Assembly (NCBI GenBank): GCA_963775465.1
Contig: CAVZIW010000015.1
Span: 4,217 to 68,216 of the forward strand
Source: Candidatus Bathyarchaeota archaeon
GTDB lineage: Archaea > Thermoproteota > Bathyarchaeia > Bathyarchaeales > Bathycorpusculaceae
Length of the DNA stretch: 64,000 bases
Reading direction: 5' to 3'
The notes under the pieces are model-generated. The model made no database searches. It was not told the DNA's origin and saw only the letters and a list, made by a program, of their open reading frames with translations. The position numbers and the translations under genes are program-made. Below, one piece after another: positions 1 through 9,453 of this stretch; within the stretch, counting starts at the first letter, position 1; every line of letters starts with the position of its first letter.

Positions 1-1
1 A

Positions 2-196
2 AGAGCTGATGAGGTAGGTGTTCAGCTTGGTATAACAATCGACTACGATAGCTTAGAAGATGATACCGTAACCATTCGTGACCGTGACACTTGGCAGCAA
101 GTACGCACTCCAGCCAAAAACTTACCTAAACTTTTACACCAATACTTTGAGAACAAAATAAACTTTGAACAGTTAGGGAGCATAATTAGAAGTTAA
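2..196 (+). CDS. glyS: Glycyl-tRNA synthetase, C-terminal anticodon-binding domain (partial, 5' end outside window)
   Basis: Frame 2 reads [35 protein letters not shown]..., matching the class IIa anticodon-binding domain (DEIG...ITVDYD...TVTIRDRD); stop TAA at 194-196. Confidence 0.85.
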   Translation, partial: RADEVGVQLGITIDYDSLEDDTVTIRDRDTWQQVRTPAKNLPKLLHQYFENKINFEQLGSIIRS

Positions 197-271
197 GTAG
201 TTAGCTTTTTTAATGCATCCTTATAACAGGGTATTGATTATTTCAAGATAGATAAAAGGGGCTATACAGGT

Positions 272-931
272 TTGGTACTTCCATCAGAAACAGAAGAGCG
301 TGTGAAACGTCGTGCATTAAACGCTTGCCAAGATAACTTACGTAAGGTTTTAGATGTTTCAAGAAAAATTCCACAAATGGTAGAGTTTTTTGCAAGCGGA
401 GACAAAGATGGCGCACGCAGGCTTTTCTCCGAAATCCGTGCAGGAGAAGAAGAAGTAATCAAGGCAAGGCGCATGGTCTCTCAAGAGCTTGCTGAAATAG
501 GTGCCATACTTATTTCTCGTGAAGATTTTCTCCGATTCACCAATCTGTCTAGCGAAATTGCGGATTTCTCGGAAGGTATTGCACATTACCTTGTCGAGAT
601 TATGGAACACAACTGGGTTGTTTCACCCGAAATTAAAAAAGACCTGCTAAAGCTTTCATCAGTAGTTCTAGATTCAGTTTTAAAGCTGCGTGAAACTTTA
701 ATGGTTCTCAATTATGGTCCACAAAAAACATTGGAACGCGCCAAAGATGTCGAAATCGCCGAACGCATAGTTGATGACCATTACCGAGCTCTAACTATCA
801 AAGTCTTAAGCAGCAAGCTAGAAGTACCTGTCCTGCTCCTCCTCCGAGATGTCTTGCAACTACTTGAAAACTCTGCTGATAAAGCTGAAGACGCCGCAGA
901 CGCAGCACGAACAATCTCATTCATCATGTAA
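272..931 (+). CDS. DUF47/PhoU-like phosphate transport regulator
   Basis: 219 aa helical protein with EDFLR...D and DVEIAERIVDDHYR...ADKAEDAADA motifs typical of DUF47. Confidence 0.8.
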   Translation: MVLPSETEERVKRRALNACQDNLRKVLDVSRKIPQMVEFFASGDKDGARRLFSEIRAGEEEVIKARRMVSQELAEIGAILISREDFLRFTNLSSEIADFSEGIAHYLVEIMEHNWVVSPEIKKDLLKLSSVVLDSVLKLRETLMVLNYGPQKTLERAKDVEIAERIVDDHYRALTIKVLSSKLEVPVLLLLRDVLQLLENSADKAEDAADAARTISFIM

Positions 932-943
932 TGAGTCTTTGTC

Positions 944-1498
944 ATGCAAAAAACAAAGGTTGAACTCATCGAAAACTTTTTAGTCGTATGGAACCCCCAA
1001 GAGGGCTCCCAACTCTACAAAAACAGCTACTTTGGCAAACCCATAGGTATTGCTAAACCTAAAATTCCAGAGTTTGACGTGCCTTTGGTTTTGGATCTTA
1101 TGGAAGGGCTTTATCTTGCGGAGAAAGAAAAAATAGAAATCTACCAAAATCCAAACGAAACAAAAGTTAGTTTAAAAAAACTCCGCCAAAAAACCAGACA
1201 ACTCTACGATGAATTTGAAGAAAAATACCTAGTTTATCATGACCTGCGAGAAGGCGGCTTAATCGTCACTCCAGGAATAAAATTCGGCTGCGACTTCGCA
1301 GTTTACAAGTACGGACCAGGAGTAGAGCATGCTCCTTACATGGTCACCGTGAAACGTGCAGGCTCAGACATTTCAGCAACAGAAATAGTAAAAAACGGTC
1401 GATTAGCAACCACGGTGCGTAAACGCTTCATTATAGCAGTACCAGATATGGATTCAAAAAAAATAAAATATTTAATTTTTAAGTGGTTTAAGGCTTAG
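944..1498 (+). CDS. endA: tRNA-intron endonuclease, catalytic subunit
   Basis: VYHDLREGGLIVTPGIKFGCDFAVY...HAPY...K, containing the Tyr-His-Lys catalytic triad. Confidence 0.92.
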   Translation: MQKTKVELIENFLVVWNPQEGSQLYKNSYFGKPIGIAKPKIPEFDVPLVLDLMEGLYLAEKEKIEIYQNPNETKVSLKKLRQKTRQLYDEFEEKYLVYHDLREGGLIVTPGIKFGCDFAVYKYGPGVEHAPYMVTVKRAGSDISATEIVKNGRLATTVRKRFIIAVPDMDSKKIKYLIFKWFKA

Positions 1499-2808
1499 TT
1501 CGCGAGTATGGTTTGGTTTTGAAATTCGCCTCTTATCCGTTGGTGAGGATAAATCTTTGTAGCTGCGAGTGAGCATCCTTCCTCTAAGGTAACATCGTCA
1601 GCGATTACACTTACAGCTGTGATCCTGGTTGGCTTTCGGGCGCTTGAGTTTACCGCGACGTGTCTGCCTATTATGCTGTCGTAGATTTCAGCGTCTTCGC
1701 CAATGATTACGCGGTCCATAACTGCAGAGTTTTCAATTACTGCATTCTTGCCGATTCTAGTAAAATTGTCAATGCAAGAGTTTACAATTCGCGCGCCATC
1801 CTCAATCTGGCAATGGCGTCCAATTAATACGGCACCCTCAATTTCAATTTTTTTCTGCTTGATTTTTTGAATAATGTCTTGTCGACGCTTCTCTGAGTCG
1901 TTGCTATCGCCCTGCACCCAAACCTTTTTTTCTCCGTTTAGTCTTCCGCCAAAATCCTTCAGCGTGGAAAACTCTCCATGGAGAAGGTTTTTCATAGCTT
2001 CCAAATAGTTTTTGGGTGTACCGACATCAAACCAGCTTCCTTTCAGGGAGTAACCGTAAACTGGGTATCCGCACTGAATGACATATGGAATGAAATCGTA
2101 ACCAAAGTCTAAGCGGTTCTTTTCTTTAATGATTTGCTTAACTCCTTTTTCTTTGAAAATCTTTCTTATTTCAGGTGACAAAACATACAAACCTGTGTTT
2201 GCAAGGTTGCTTGGGGCATCTTTAGGTTCTGGTTTTTCAACAAAACGGCGTATTTGTCCATTCTTGTTTATATCGGCTATTCCTAAACCTTCAACATTGT
2301 CGACTTCTCGAAGTACGATTGTTAGCGCGGCGCCTTTTTCTTTGTGGAAATCCATCAAGTTTTTGATCTTAAGGTCAAAGATGTTATCACCTTGAACTGC
2401 AAAAACAGGACAGTTAAGTTCATAGTATTCCATGTTTATTCGGGCGGAATCGGCACTGCCTAAATCGGATACGTTTGGCTGATATTTTATGTGTATGCGA
2501 GGTTTTATGTTGTAGCGGACAGAAAACCCGTATCCTGCCTGAAAATAATCGTAAAGATCCCTGTAGTTGGTGTAGCCTTTGACGCCGAAGATGAAGTTGC
2601 GTATGCCTTGACTTGCCAATGAAAGAAGGGAAAACTCAACCAGTGGCCTATTAAGAAGTCGGAGGCATGCTTTGCTTGTTTCAGCAGTTAAAGGTAAGAG
2701 ACGTGTTGCTTTGCCTCCTACGGGAATTATGACTCTTATCTTTTCTGGACTGTAATTATCGCCGACTAGAGGAGCATAGTTGTTGTTTGTCAAGTTTTCA
2801 CCAAACAT
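1495..2808 (-). CDS. Sugar-phosphate nucleotidyltransferase (NDP-sugar synthase) with C-terminal left-handed beta-helix
   Basis: GGKATRLLPLT...K, QGDN, FVEKP, WFDVGTP motifs plus hexapeptide repeats. Confidence 0.9.
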   Translation of the reverse strand: MFGENLTNNNYAPLVGDNYSPEKIRVIIPVGGKATRLLPLTAETSKACLRLLNRPLVEFSLLSLASQGIRNFIFGVKGYTNYRDLYDYFQAGYGFSVRYNIKPRIHIKYQPNVSDLGSADSARINMEYYELNCPVFAVQGDNIFDLKIKNLMDFHKEKGAALTIVLREVDNVEGLGIADINKNGQIRRFVEKPEPKDAPSNLANTGLYVLSPEIRKIFKEKGVKQIIKEKNRLDFGYDFIPYVIQCGYPVYGYSLKGSWFDVGTPKNYLEAMKNLLHGEFSTLKDFGGRLNGEKKVWVQGDSNDSEKRRQDIIQKIKQKKIEIEGAVLIGRHCQIEDGARIVNSCIDNFTRIGKNAVIENSAVMDRVIIGEDAEIYDSIIGRHVAVNSSARKPTRITAVSVIADDVTLEEGCSLAATKIYPHQRIRGEFQNQTILAN

Positions 2809-2944
2809 TAGGAATAGGGTGTGTAAATGCTTTTAATGTTTCTCCGTGAAAGTTTACCTGCGATTTGTTTTTTGTCTTTACGTGAGTTGTCTTTGTTTGC
2901 GGTGTCATATATCGAATGATAGCACTAACTTTATTAATAATGAT

Positions 2945-2964
2945 GTTAAACGATAATGTTTAAC
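2945..2964. promoter_or_regulatory. Inverted repeat GTTAAAC-N6-GTTTAAC, putative operator of beta-propeller paralogue 1
   Basis: Perfect 7-bp inverted repeat just downstream of an AT-rich TATA-like box (TTTATTAA, ~2930-2937) and upstream of the SD/TTG start at 3031. Confidence 0.5.
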
Positions 2965-3030
2965 GGATATAGTACCTCAAGTAATTCTATTTTTGAGGTA
3001 TTTTATCCATTATTAAAAGGAGAAAAAAAA

Positions 3031-5751
3031 TTGAATACCCTAAAAAAAGAAATTATGGCTATTGTATTTGCAACATTGCTAATCGCTTCTATGTCACTCG
3101 CAGTCATACCTTCCGCTACAGTCAGCGCACACACTCCACCATGGGATCTCACAACATTTGCATACATTAACGTAGCACCTAACCCTGTTGGCGTAGGTCA
3201 ACAAGCCAGCATCTTAATGTGGCTGGACAAAACCTTTGACCCATCAATTTCACTAACAAACGACTACAGATTCCACAACTACAAACTCACCATAACAGCA
3301 CCAGACGGTTCAGTTACAACCCAGACTTTCGAAACAGTAATTGACACAACATCATCACAATTCTTCGCATACACTCCAGACCAAGTTGGCACATACACTC
3401 TTGACTTCGACTTTCCAGGACAAGAATTCAACCAATACTCGCATCCGCCAAACTCAAACTTTGTTAACGACACCTATCTACCTAGTTCAGCATCAACAAC
3501 ACTCGTAGTTCAAGAAGATCCACTACCAGACCCAATTACCAGCTATCCGTTACCTCAAGAATATTGGACACGCCCAATCTACGGTGAAAACACCGACTGG
3601 TGGGCTATCTCATCCAACTGGCTAGGCGTTGGTGCACCAGGCTTCCGAGTTTGGTCTAACGCAGTTTTAGACAGGTATCCAGGTGACGCAGTAGGACCGC
3701 TAACTCCACACATTATGTGGACTAAACCAATTCAAATGGGCGGAGTCGTCGGAGGCACAATAAGCACACGTGAAGACCTAAACGGAAACACTTGGTTTGA
3801 AGGTTCTGCATACAATCAAAGATATGCAAACCCAATCATCGTCGCTGGAATGCTAATCTACAATCCACCAGTATCATACACTGGTTCAAACAGCGGACCA
3901 ACAACCTGCGTTGACTTACAAACAGGTGAAGTACTCTGGTCTCGATCAGATGTACCCGCTATATCATTTGCATCCATCTACGACGTTGAAGACCCACAGC
4001 AGCACGGAGTTTACCCCGCAATATTATATACCAGCAACTTTGGACAAGCCTATGACGCATACACTGGCGAAAAGCTATTTGATGTTAGGAACGTTCCAGG
4101 CAATGCAGGATTCTTTGGCGGTGGAGCTGCAATTGCTCTAGGAGACCAAGGTGAAACCCTACGATATGTCTGGACAAACACAGGCTCATTCTCGAACCCA
4201 AGCTACACATTAGGCGAATGGAACTCAACTTTGCTATTTAACGGTGCAGGATTCTCAAGTGGCACAGGTCTATCACCAGCAGCTGACCTAACTACCGTTA
4301 CTACAACAACAAACGTTACGACAACAACCTACGTGAACGGCTCATTAGTTACGACAATTACTCCAACCACAACAACTTCTCGAAGCGTAGATGCAGGCGC
4401 TGCAAACCGTTATGATTGGGTTGTCGACATGCCAGGCTTCAGAAGCGCACCAAATCCAGTTGGAGTTATCCCAGGCGATATAGCAATATACCAAAACGGT
4501 ACCCTTCCAGGATTAGCAACTTCACAATTCGGTGCAACCAGTGATGTCCCATACACATACTTCGCAGTTAGTCTACTACCAGGTCATGAAGGTCAAGTAC
4601 TTTGGATGAATAGCTACAACCCACCTCCAAATAACATTACTGTCTTGCTAGGCGGAATTGATCCAGTAAACCGTGTCTTCTTCGAAGGATACAAAGAAAC
4701 AATGCAGTGGACTGGCTACGACATGGACACAGGCGCCAAAGTTTGGGGTCCAACTCCAATGCAAACATCTCTAGACTACTATGGCAACCCAGCGTTACCC
4801 TACATTAACGGCCAAGTCGCATACGGCAAACTCTACAGCTCACAATTAGGCGGAATTCTATATTGCTATGATATGGCAAACGGCGAATTACTCTGGACAT
4901 TCGGCAACGGCGACACGTCTGACAACTCTACAAACGCAGGAAGATACGTTGCATATGGTCACTACCCAACATTCGTACAAGCTGTCGGAAATGACGTAAT
5001 CTATACCGTTACAACAGAACACACCGTCAACACTCCAATCTACAAAGGCGCAATGGCACGAGCAATTAACGCAACCACCGGACTGCAAATCTGGGAACTA
5101 TCTGGCTACACAGGCGAATTCTTCACCATGAGCACAGCAATCGCAGACGGTTTCGAAACATGGTTTAACGGCTATGATAACCAAATCTACGTAATCGGCA
5201 GAGGACCAAGTGCAACAACCGCATCAGTCTCGCAAGTCGGCGCAGTTGGCCAAAACGTCGTTATTCAAGGTAGAGTAACTGACATTTCATCCGGCACAAC
5301 CCAAACCGAGCAAGCAGGACGATTCCCACACGGAGTTCCAGTAGCATCTGATGCAAGCATGAGTGACTGGATGGGATACGTATATCAACAGAAACCATTG
5401 CCAACTGACTTCATGGGTGTTGATGTAACAATCGATGTCCTTGACGCAAACGGCAACTACAGAAACATAGGCACAGCAACAACTGACGCAAGCGGATTCT
5501 ACACAATGAGCTGGCCAGCTGACATCTCAGGAGACTACCTAGTAATCGCAACATTCCACGGAACACAAGGATACTGGCCATCATTCTCTGAAACAAGCTT
5601 TAACGTTATGGAAGCAGCAGCAACTCCAGCACCAACCGAAGCGCCACCAGCATCAAACACTGACATGTACGTATTAGCCGCAGCAGTCGCAATCATAGTT
5701 GTCATAATCATCGCTGCTATAGCGATAATTATGCTGCTCAAAAAACCATAA
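3031..5751 (+). CDS. PQQ-like beta-propeller surface protein, paralogue 1 (signal peptide, Ig-like domain, propeller, Ig-like domain, TM anchor)
   Basis: Signal peptide; APNPVGVGQ; YWTRPI; repeated D/N-x-x-T-G-x-x-x-W docking motifs; RFPHGVPVASDASMSDWM; C-terminal TM ending LLKKP. Start moved from ORF-track 2956 to TTG 3031 after AGGAG. Confidence 0.85.
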   Translation: MNTLKKEIMAIVFATLLIASMSLAVIPSATVSAHTPPWDLTTFAYINVAPNPVGVGQQASILMWLDKTFDPSISLTNDYRFHNYKLTITAPDGSVTTQTFETVIDTTSSQFFAYTPDQVGTYTLDFDFPGQEFNQYSHPPNSNFVNDTYLPSSASTTLVVQEDPLPDPITSYPLPQEYWTRPIYGENTDWWAISSNWLGVGAPGFRVWSNAVLDRYPGDAVGPLTPHIMWTKPIQMGGVVGGTISTREDLNGNTWFEGSAYNQRYANPIIVAGMLIYNPPVSYTGSNSGPTTCVDLQTGEVLWSRSDVPAISFASIYDVEDPQQHGVYPAILYTSNFGQAYDAYTGEKLFDVRNVPGNAGFFGGGAAIALGDQGETLRYVWTNTGSFSNPSYTLGEWNSTLLFNGAGFSSGTGLSPAADLTTVTTTTNVTTTTYVNGSLVTTITPTTTTSRSVDAGAANRYDWVVDMPGFRSAPNPVGVIPGDIAIYQNGTLPGLATSQFGATSDVPYTYFAVSLLPGHEGQVLWMNSYNPPPNNITVLLGGIDPVNRVFFEGYKETMQWTGYDMDTGAKVWGPTPMQTSLDYYGNPALPYINGQVAYGKLYSSQLGGILYCYDMANGELLWTFGNGDTSDNSTNAGRYVAYGHYPTFVQAVGNDVIYTVTTEHTVNTPIYKGAMARAINATTGLQIWELSGYTGEFFTMSTAIADGFETWFNGYDNQIYVIGRGPSATTASVSQVGAVGQNVVIQGRVTDISSGTTQTEQAGRFPHGVPVASDASMSDWMGYVYQQKPLPTDFMGVDVTIDVLDANGNYRNIGTATTDASGFYTMSWPADISGDYLVIATFHGTQGYWPSFSETSFNVMEAAATPAPTEAPPASNTDMYVLAAAVAIIVVIIIAAIAIIMLLKKP

Positions 5752-5770
5752 GTAAGCAACAACCAAAAAA

Positions 5771-5793
5771 TTTCCCTCTCTTTTCTTTTTTTT
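5771..5793 (+). terminator. CCCTCTC-oligo(T) archaeal terminator
   Basis: TTTCCCTCTCTTTTCTTTTTTTT right after the stop; near-identical motifs follow the other paralogues (32603, 40284 minus, 43009 minus, 52603) and the DUF996 gene. Confidence 0.6.
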
Positions 5794-5812
5794 AAGCTCT
5801 TAAGAAAATGCG

Positions 5813-6226
5813 TTATTTTCTAAAAGTTGGTAACCTAATTAAATGCACACTTACTCCTAAAGCTATTATTAAGAGGGCAAGTTGCGCAATAAAAAACTCG
5901 TTTACCACCATAATCGCTGAGTAAAGTATCCCTGCCCAAAGAACAGCAACCGCAAGTAATTTTGTTTTAAGTGGAATTCCTTTACCTTCACGGTAGTTTT
6001 TTATGTATTTTCCAAACCACCTGTTACCCAGAAGCCAGTTATACATCCGCTCAGAACTCCGAAAATAGCAGGCGGCAGACAAAAGCAGGAAAGGCGTAGT
6101 TGGAAGAATAGGCAAAAAAATTCCGATCGCGCCCAAGACGAGACAGACTGTTCCCGCAGTCAACAATAATGGTTTGAGTATCCTTTGTTTCTTAGATGTC
6201 GCTGGCCGATTTTGTGAGGTAGCCAT
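5813..6226 (-). CDS. YbaN/DUF454 family membrane protein
   Basis: LGAIGIFLPILPTTPFLLLSAACYFRSSERMYNWLL signature. Confidence 0.9.
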   Translation of the reverse strand: MATSQNRPATSKKQRILKPLLLTAGTVCLVLGAIGIFLPILPTTPFLLLSAACYFRSSERMYNWLLGNRWFGKYIKNYREGKGIPLKTKLLAVAVLWAGILYSAIMVVNEFFIAQLALLIIALGVSVHLIRLPTFRK

Positions 6227-6268
6227 TTAAGACCGCTAAAACAATGTCCTTGTAAAATAAAAACTAGC

Positions 6269-7231
6269 ATGTCTACAAGCTACAATAAGTGGAATTTTTA
6301 TAACTACCAAACTACAACTACAGTAACCAAACGGTTAAAAGGCATGAACAGACTTAACGGCTTCATACGGCTAATGCGCCCAATAAACTGCACCATGATG
6401 GGATTCGCCGTCTTCGTTGGAGCAATCCTCGCCAGCATAGTTCCGACTCAGCCTACACTGCCCCAACTCGGAAATCTCAATTGGTTAAACATCCTCTTCG
6501 GGTTTATAACCGGATTTACTTTTTGCGCAGCAGCCATGGTTATAAACGATTACTATGATCGCAAAATCGATGCCATCAACGAACCCCACCGCCCTATCCC
6601 CAGCGGCATGGTGAAACCCAAGGAAGCCCTTACGTTTATGGCAATCCTAATTGTTGCAGGCTTTGTATTTTCACTATTGGTAGCACCGTTTGGTTTGCTT
6701 TGTTTTATAGTAGCAGCCGCTTCTCTAGCAATAACCGCTACCTACCTCACTGTTGGCAAACGCACTGGGCTACCGGGGAACTTTCTGGTAAGCATATGTG
6801 TAGCCATACCCTTCATCTATGGTAGCGTCACCGTCATTGGCACCGTCGGCTTAAATGTGGTTTTGTTTGCGTCCATGGCTTTTCTCTCCAACACAGGCAG
6901 AGAAATCACTAAAGGCATAGTAGATGTCAAAGGCGATAGATCAGAAAACGTAAAGACTCTGGCTGTACGCTATGGAGAAAACAAAGCAGCCCTAACTGCC
7001 GCGGTATTCTATGTTGCTGCAGTAGTTTTGACGCCTGTTACATGGTTTTTAGGGTTAGTGGGCGTCTGGTTTATCCCGTTTGTTTTAGTGACAGATGTAG
7101 GCCTTGTTGTTTGCTCGGCACTTTTACTTCTGGATCATTCCAGAGAAAAAGCACGAAGAATCAAGAATGTTGTTTTGCTGTTGTTCTTGATCGGGTTGAT
7201 AGCTTACATATTCGGAGTCATTAAACCGTAA
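6269..7231 (+). CDS. Digeranylgeranylglyceryl phosphate (DGGGP) synthase, UbiA family
   Basis: LMRPINC, NDYYDRKIDAINEPHRPIPSG and REITKGIVDVKGD motifs; multiple TM helices. True start probably ATG near 6344. Confidence 0.88.
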   Translation: MSTSYNKWNFYNYQTTTTVTKRLKGMNRLNGFIRLMRPINCTMMGFAVFVGAILASIVPTQPTLPQLGNLNWLNILFGFITGFTFCAAAMVINDYYDRKIDAINEPHRPIPSGMVKPKEALTFMAILIVAGFVFSLLVAPFGLLCFIVAAASLAITATYLTVGKRTGLPGNFLVSICVAIPFIYGSVTVIGTVGLNVVLFASMAFLSNTGREITKGIVDVKGDRSENVKTLAVRYGENKAALTAAVFYVAAVVLTPVTWFLGLVGVWFIPFVLVTDVGLVVCSALLLLDHSREKARRIKNVVLLLFLIGLIAYIFGVIKP

Positions 7232-7251
7232 GATCATCAGCAATTTGGTTG

Positions 7252-7503
7252 TTAATCGATTATTTCTGCATGTGCAGTTTGGCCACTTATTCGAATTATC
7301 TTTATTTTTACATGGGCTCCAAGCTTTGCATTAGGGACATATATAACTAAGCCCTGAACTTTGGCTACGCCTTCCTCTTTAGCACTCAACTCAGAAATAT
7401 CAACTTCCAATTCTTCGCCAATCTCAACGGGATAGCGTTTAAAGCCTTTGCCATGGCCTTGCCTTCCTTCATAGTTTCCCCCTTGTCTTTTTGAATAACT
7501 CAA
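7252..7503 (-). CDS. Single TRAM-domain RNA-binding protein
   Basis: PVEIGEELEVDI...EGVAKVQGLVIYVPNAKLG..VKIKI pattern. Confidence 0.85.
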   Translation of the reverse strand: MSYSKRQGGNYEGRQGHGKGFKRYPVEIGEELEVDISELSAKEEGVAKVQGLVIYVPNAKLGAHVKIKIIRISGQTAHAEIID

Positions 7504-7749
7504 ATTAAAAACCCTGCCTTTGCTACTTGGACTATATACCTTTAAGGGCTTAAATCTTCCGTTGACAAAATGCTGTTAAGCGCTAGTTTTCCGAACAATA
7601 TTTGCGTTTAATTACATATACTTATAAGCTACTAAGCACATTATAGTATATGCACATAAACATATTCGAGCTAACAGAAGAATACACAAAACATCAACAT
7701 AGCCATCTTATGAAGGAATAAGTGCTAAAAAAACAAAAGACGATGAATT

Positions 7750-7893
7750 ATGGGTCGAATAAGCATAGATCTTCCAGATACACTAGAAAAACAATTAAGG
7801 TTAAAAACCGTTGAGCGATTCGGCGGGAAAAAAGGCGACCTATCCCGCGCGGTTGAAGATGCCGTAAAAAAATGGGTAACGACAAAACAATAA
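7750..7893 (+). CDS. Small ribbon-helix-helix (CopG-like) protein, 47 aa; not in ORF track
   Basis: MGRISIDLPDTLEKQLRLKTVERFGGKKGDLSRAVEDAVKKWV, a beta-strand plus two helices ending in the RHH SxAVxxAVxxW pattern. Confidence 0.7.
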   Translation: MGRISIDLPDTLEKQLRLKTVERFGGKKGDLSRAVEDAVKKWVTTKQ

Positions 7894-8068
7894 AGCACCA
7901 TAAGATCCCATTAACCATATTCTAACGCTTTAAAAGAAAAGAATCAGGGGAAAGCCAACTTATTCTCTTAACGCACCAAGATATTAAGTCCATGTTAAAA
8001 GCGAAAGTTGAGGTCCCCCGTTTTATAATGTAGAATAATAATCCGATTCGTAATACGGAGATGAAATA

Positions 8069-8221
8069 GTGATTGATAAAAAATTGGAACTCGTATTTCT
8101 CGATAAAGACGGTAAGTTTTACCCTTTAGACGAGGTTGACAGCGCAGAATTAGCAAAGGGTCTGGAAAAGATCTCCAAGGAAATTGCTGCCAGACTTCAG
8201 CTGCAAAAAGATCAGCGATAA
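8069..8221 (+). CDS. Small hypothetical protein, 50 aa; not in ORF track
   Basis: GTG start after GGAG; MIDKKLELVFLDKDGKFYPLDEVDSAELAKGLEKISKEIAARLQLQKDQR; ends 32 bp before hsp20. Confidence 0.5.
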   Translation: MIDKKLELVFLDKDGKFYPLDEVDSAELAKGLEKISKEIAARLQLQKDQR

Positions 8222-8253
8222 AATTTCAATAACAAATTAATCGAGGTGAAAAT

Positions 8254-8790
8254 ATGAGTAATCAACAAAAAAAGATTCCGTCCAAAGCAATAGCAAAAAC
8301 TGCGTTAGTCAAACCTACGAAAAATATTCCCGTCAAGCACATACCAGCTGTTCATGTTCTGACAACCTTTGACGATTTAATGGATAATTTCCGCAGAAAC
8401 TTTATAGAAAGCATAGCCTTTCCATTTGATTGGATAAGTCTTGAACCAGTTGTTCCAGTCAGAGAAGCAACCGTAGATCTGGTTGATGAAGATAACAGGT
8501 TTGTTGTGCATGCTGAGCTGCCGGGCGTAGCTAAAGACAAAATCGACGTAGCCCTGACTGAGGATGGCATTGAAATCTCCGCTGAAACAGATGTTCAAAA
8601 TGAAAACAAGGGCAAAAACTTTGTTATGAGAGAGCGATTCTATTCACATGTTTACAAGCAACTATCTTTTCCCGAAAAAGTAATCCCTGAGAAAGCTGAA
8701 TCCACATACAAAAATGGACTCCTTGAAGTATGCATCCCCAAAAAGACGATTGCACCCGCGCCTAAAAAACACAAAGTGCTAGTTAGATAG
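8254..8790 (+). CDS. hsp20: Hsp20/alpha-crystallin small heat shock protein
   Basis: VDLVDEDNRFVVHAELPGV.K..I.V and A.STYKNGLLEV..PK motifs. Confidence 0.92.
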   Translation: MSNQQKKIPSKAIAKTALVKPTKNIPVKHIPAVHVLTTFDDLMDNFRRNFIESIAFPFDWISLEPVVPVREATVDLVDEDNRFVVHAELPGVAKDKIDVALTEDGIEISAETDVQNENKGKNFVMRERFYSHVYKQLSFPEKVIPEKAESTYKNGLLEVCIPKKTIAPAPKKHKVLVR

Positions 8791-8805
8791 CATCTTTGAG
8801 AAGCG

Positions 8806-9039
8806 CTATTGATTGGTTCTTTGTCTGTCTAATGTTTCTTTGCTTACTTTTCTTTTTCCCAGACCACCGTTGTGCGCACTCAAAACAAATTGCATCGTGC
8901 TTCCTCGGAAGAATTCTCTAAACTGATTTCCACATTTGGTACAATTATACATTTTAACATGAAAGCGCCCAAAGTCCCATTCTTTATCAGGACCCAAAGT
9001 GTGTTTTTCACAATTAGGACATCTCGGCATAATTTCCAT
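8806..9039 (-). CDS. Small zinc-ribbon protein
   Basis: CPNC...CTKC pair in 77 aa. Confidence 0.55.
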   Translation of the reverse strand: MEIMPRCPNCEKHTLGPDKEWDFGRFHVKMYNCTKCGNQFREFFRGSTMQFVLSAHNGGLGKRKVSKETLDRQRTNQ

Positions 9040-9453
9040 CCAATAATAGAAGAGATAAGAAGACTATTTAAGTTCACTAAATTTAGATTTTAAGAATAGG
9101 CTTTAGTAATACTAAAAATGACCTTAATCCTCTTCTGATTAAGGGAAATGCTCTCTAAGAGCTTCCAAAAGTCTCAGCAAGTTTGGAATGAATTGGGTTT
9201 ACCGCATTAAAATAGGCAATAGTCAAACCTTCCAATTCATGGTAGATTGGCTAAATTTTTTCACTAGTTTAAATCCCAGTGTACCAATATGTATGTTGTC
9301 CAGTCATGGGTTTTGGAATAGTTGAAAGCGTCAAGTTTCCAGTTTTTGTCGGTCAACCCCTCATCATAAGGCATTAAATGGAAGCCGAACGAATTCCAAA
9401 AACGTGGACTAGGCTAAAGAAAAATATCTGAATAATATTGAGGAAAGAATAAC

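Noticed and set aside
4280-4385. Thr-rich ACA/ACT repeats in paralogue 1 as a contingency microsatellite
   Set aside because: Codons vary (ACT/ACA/ACG/ACC), so this is a protein-level Thr-rich insert, not a slippage-prone perfect repeat.
3031-5751. Calling the beta-propeller paralogues quinoprotein alcohol dehydrogenases
   Set aside because: Only structural Trp-docking motifs are evident; no active-site vicinal cysteines or cytochrome c domain were recognised, and no pqq genes are in the window.
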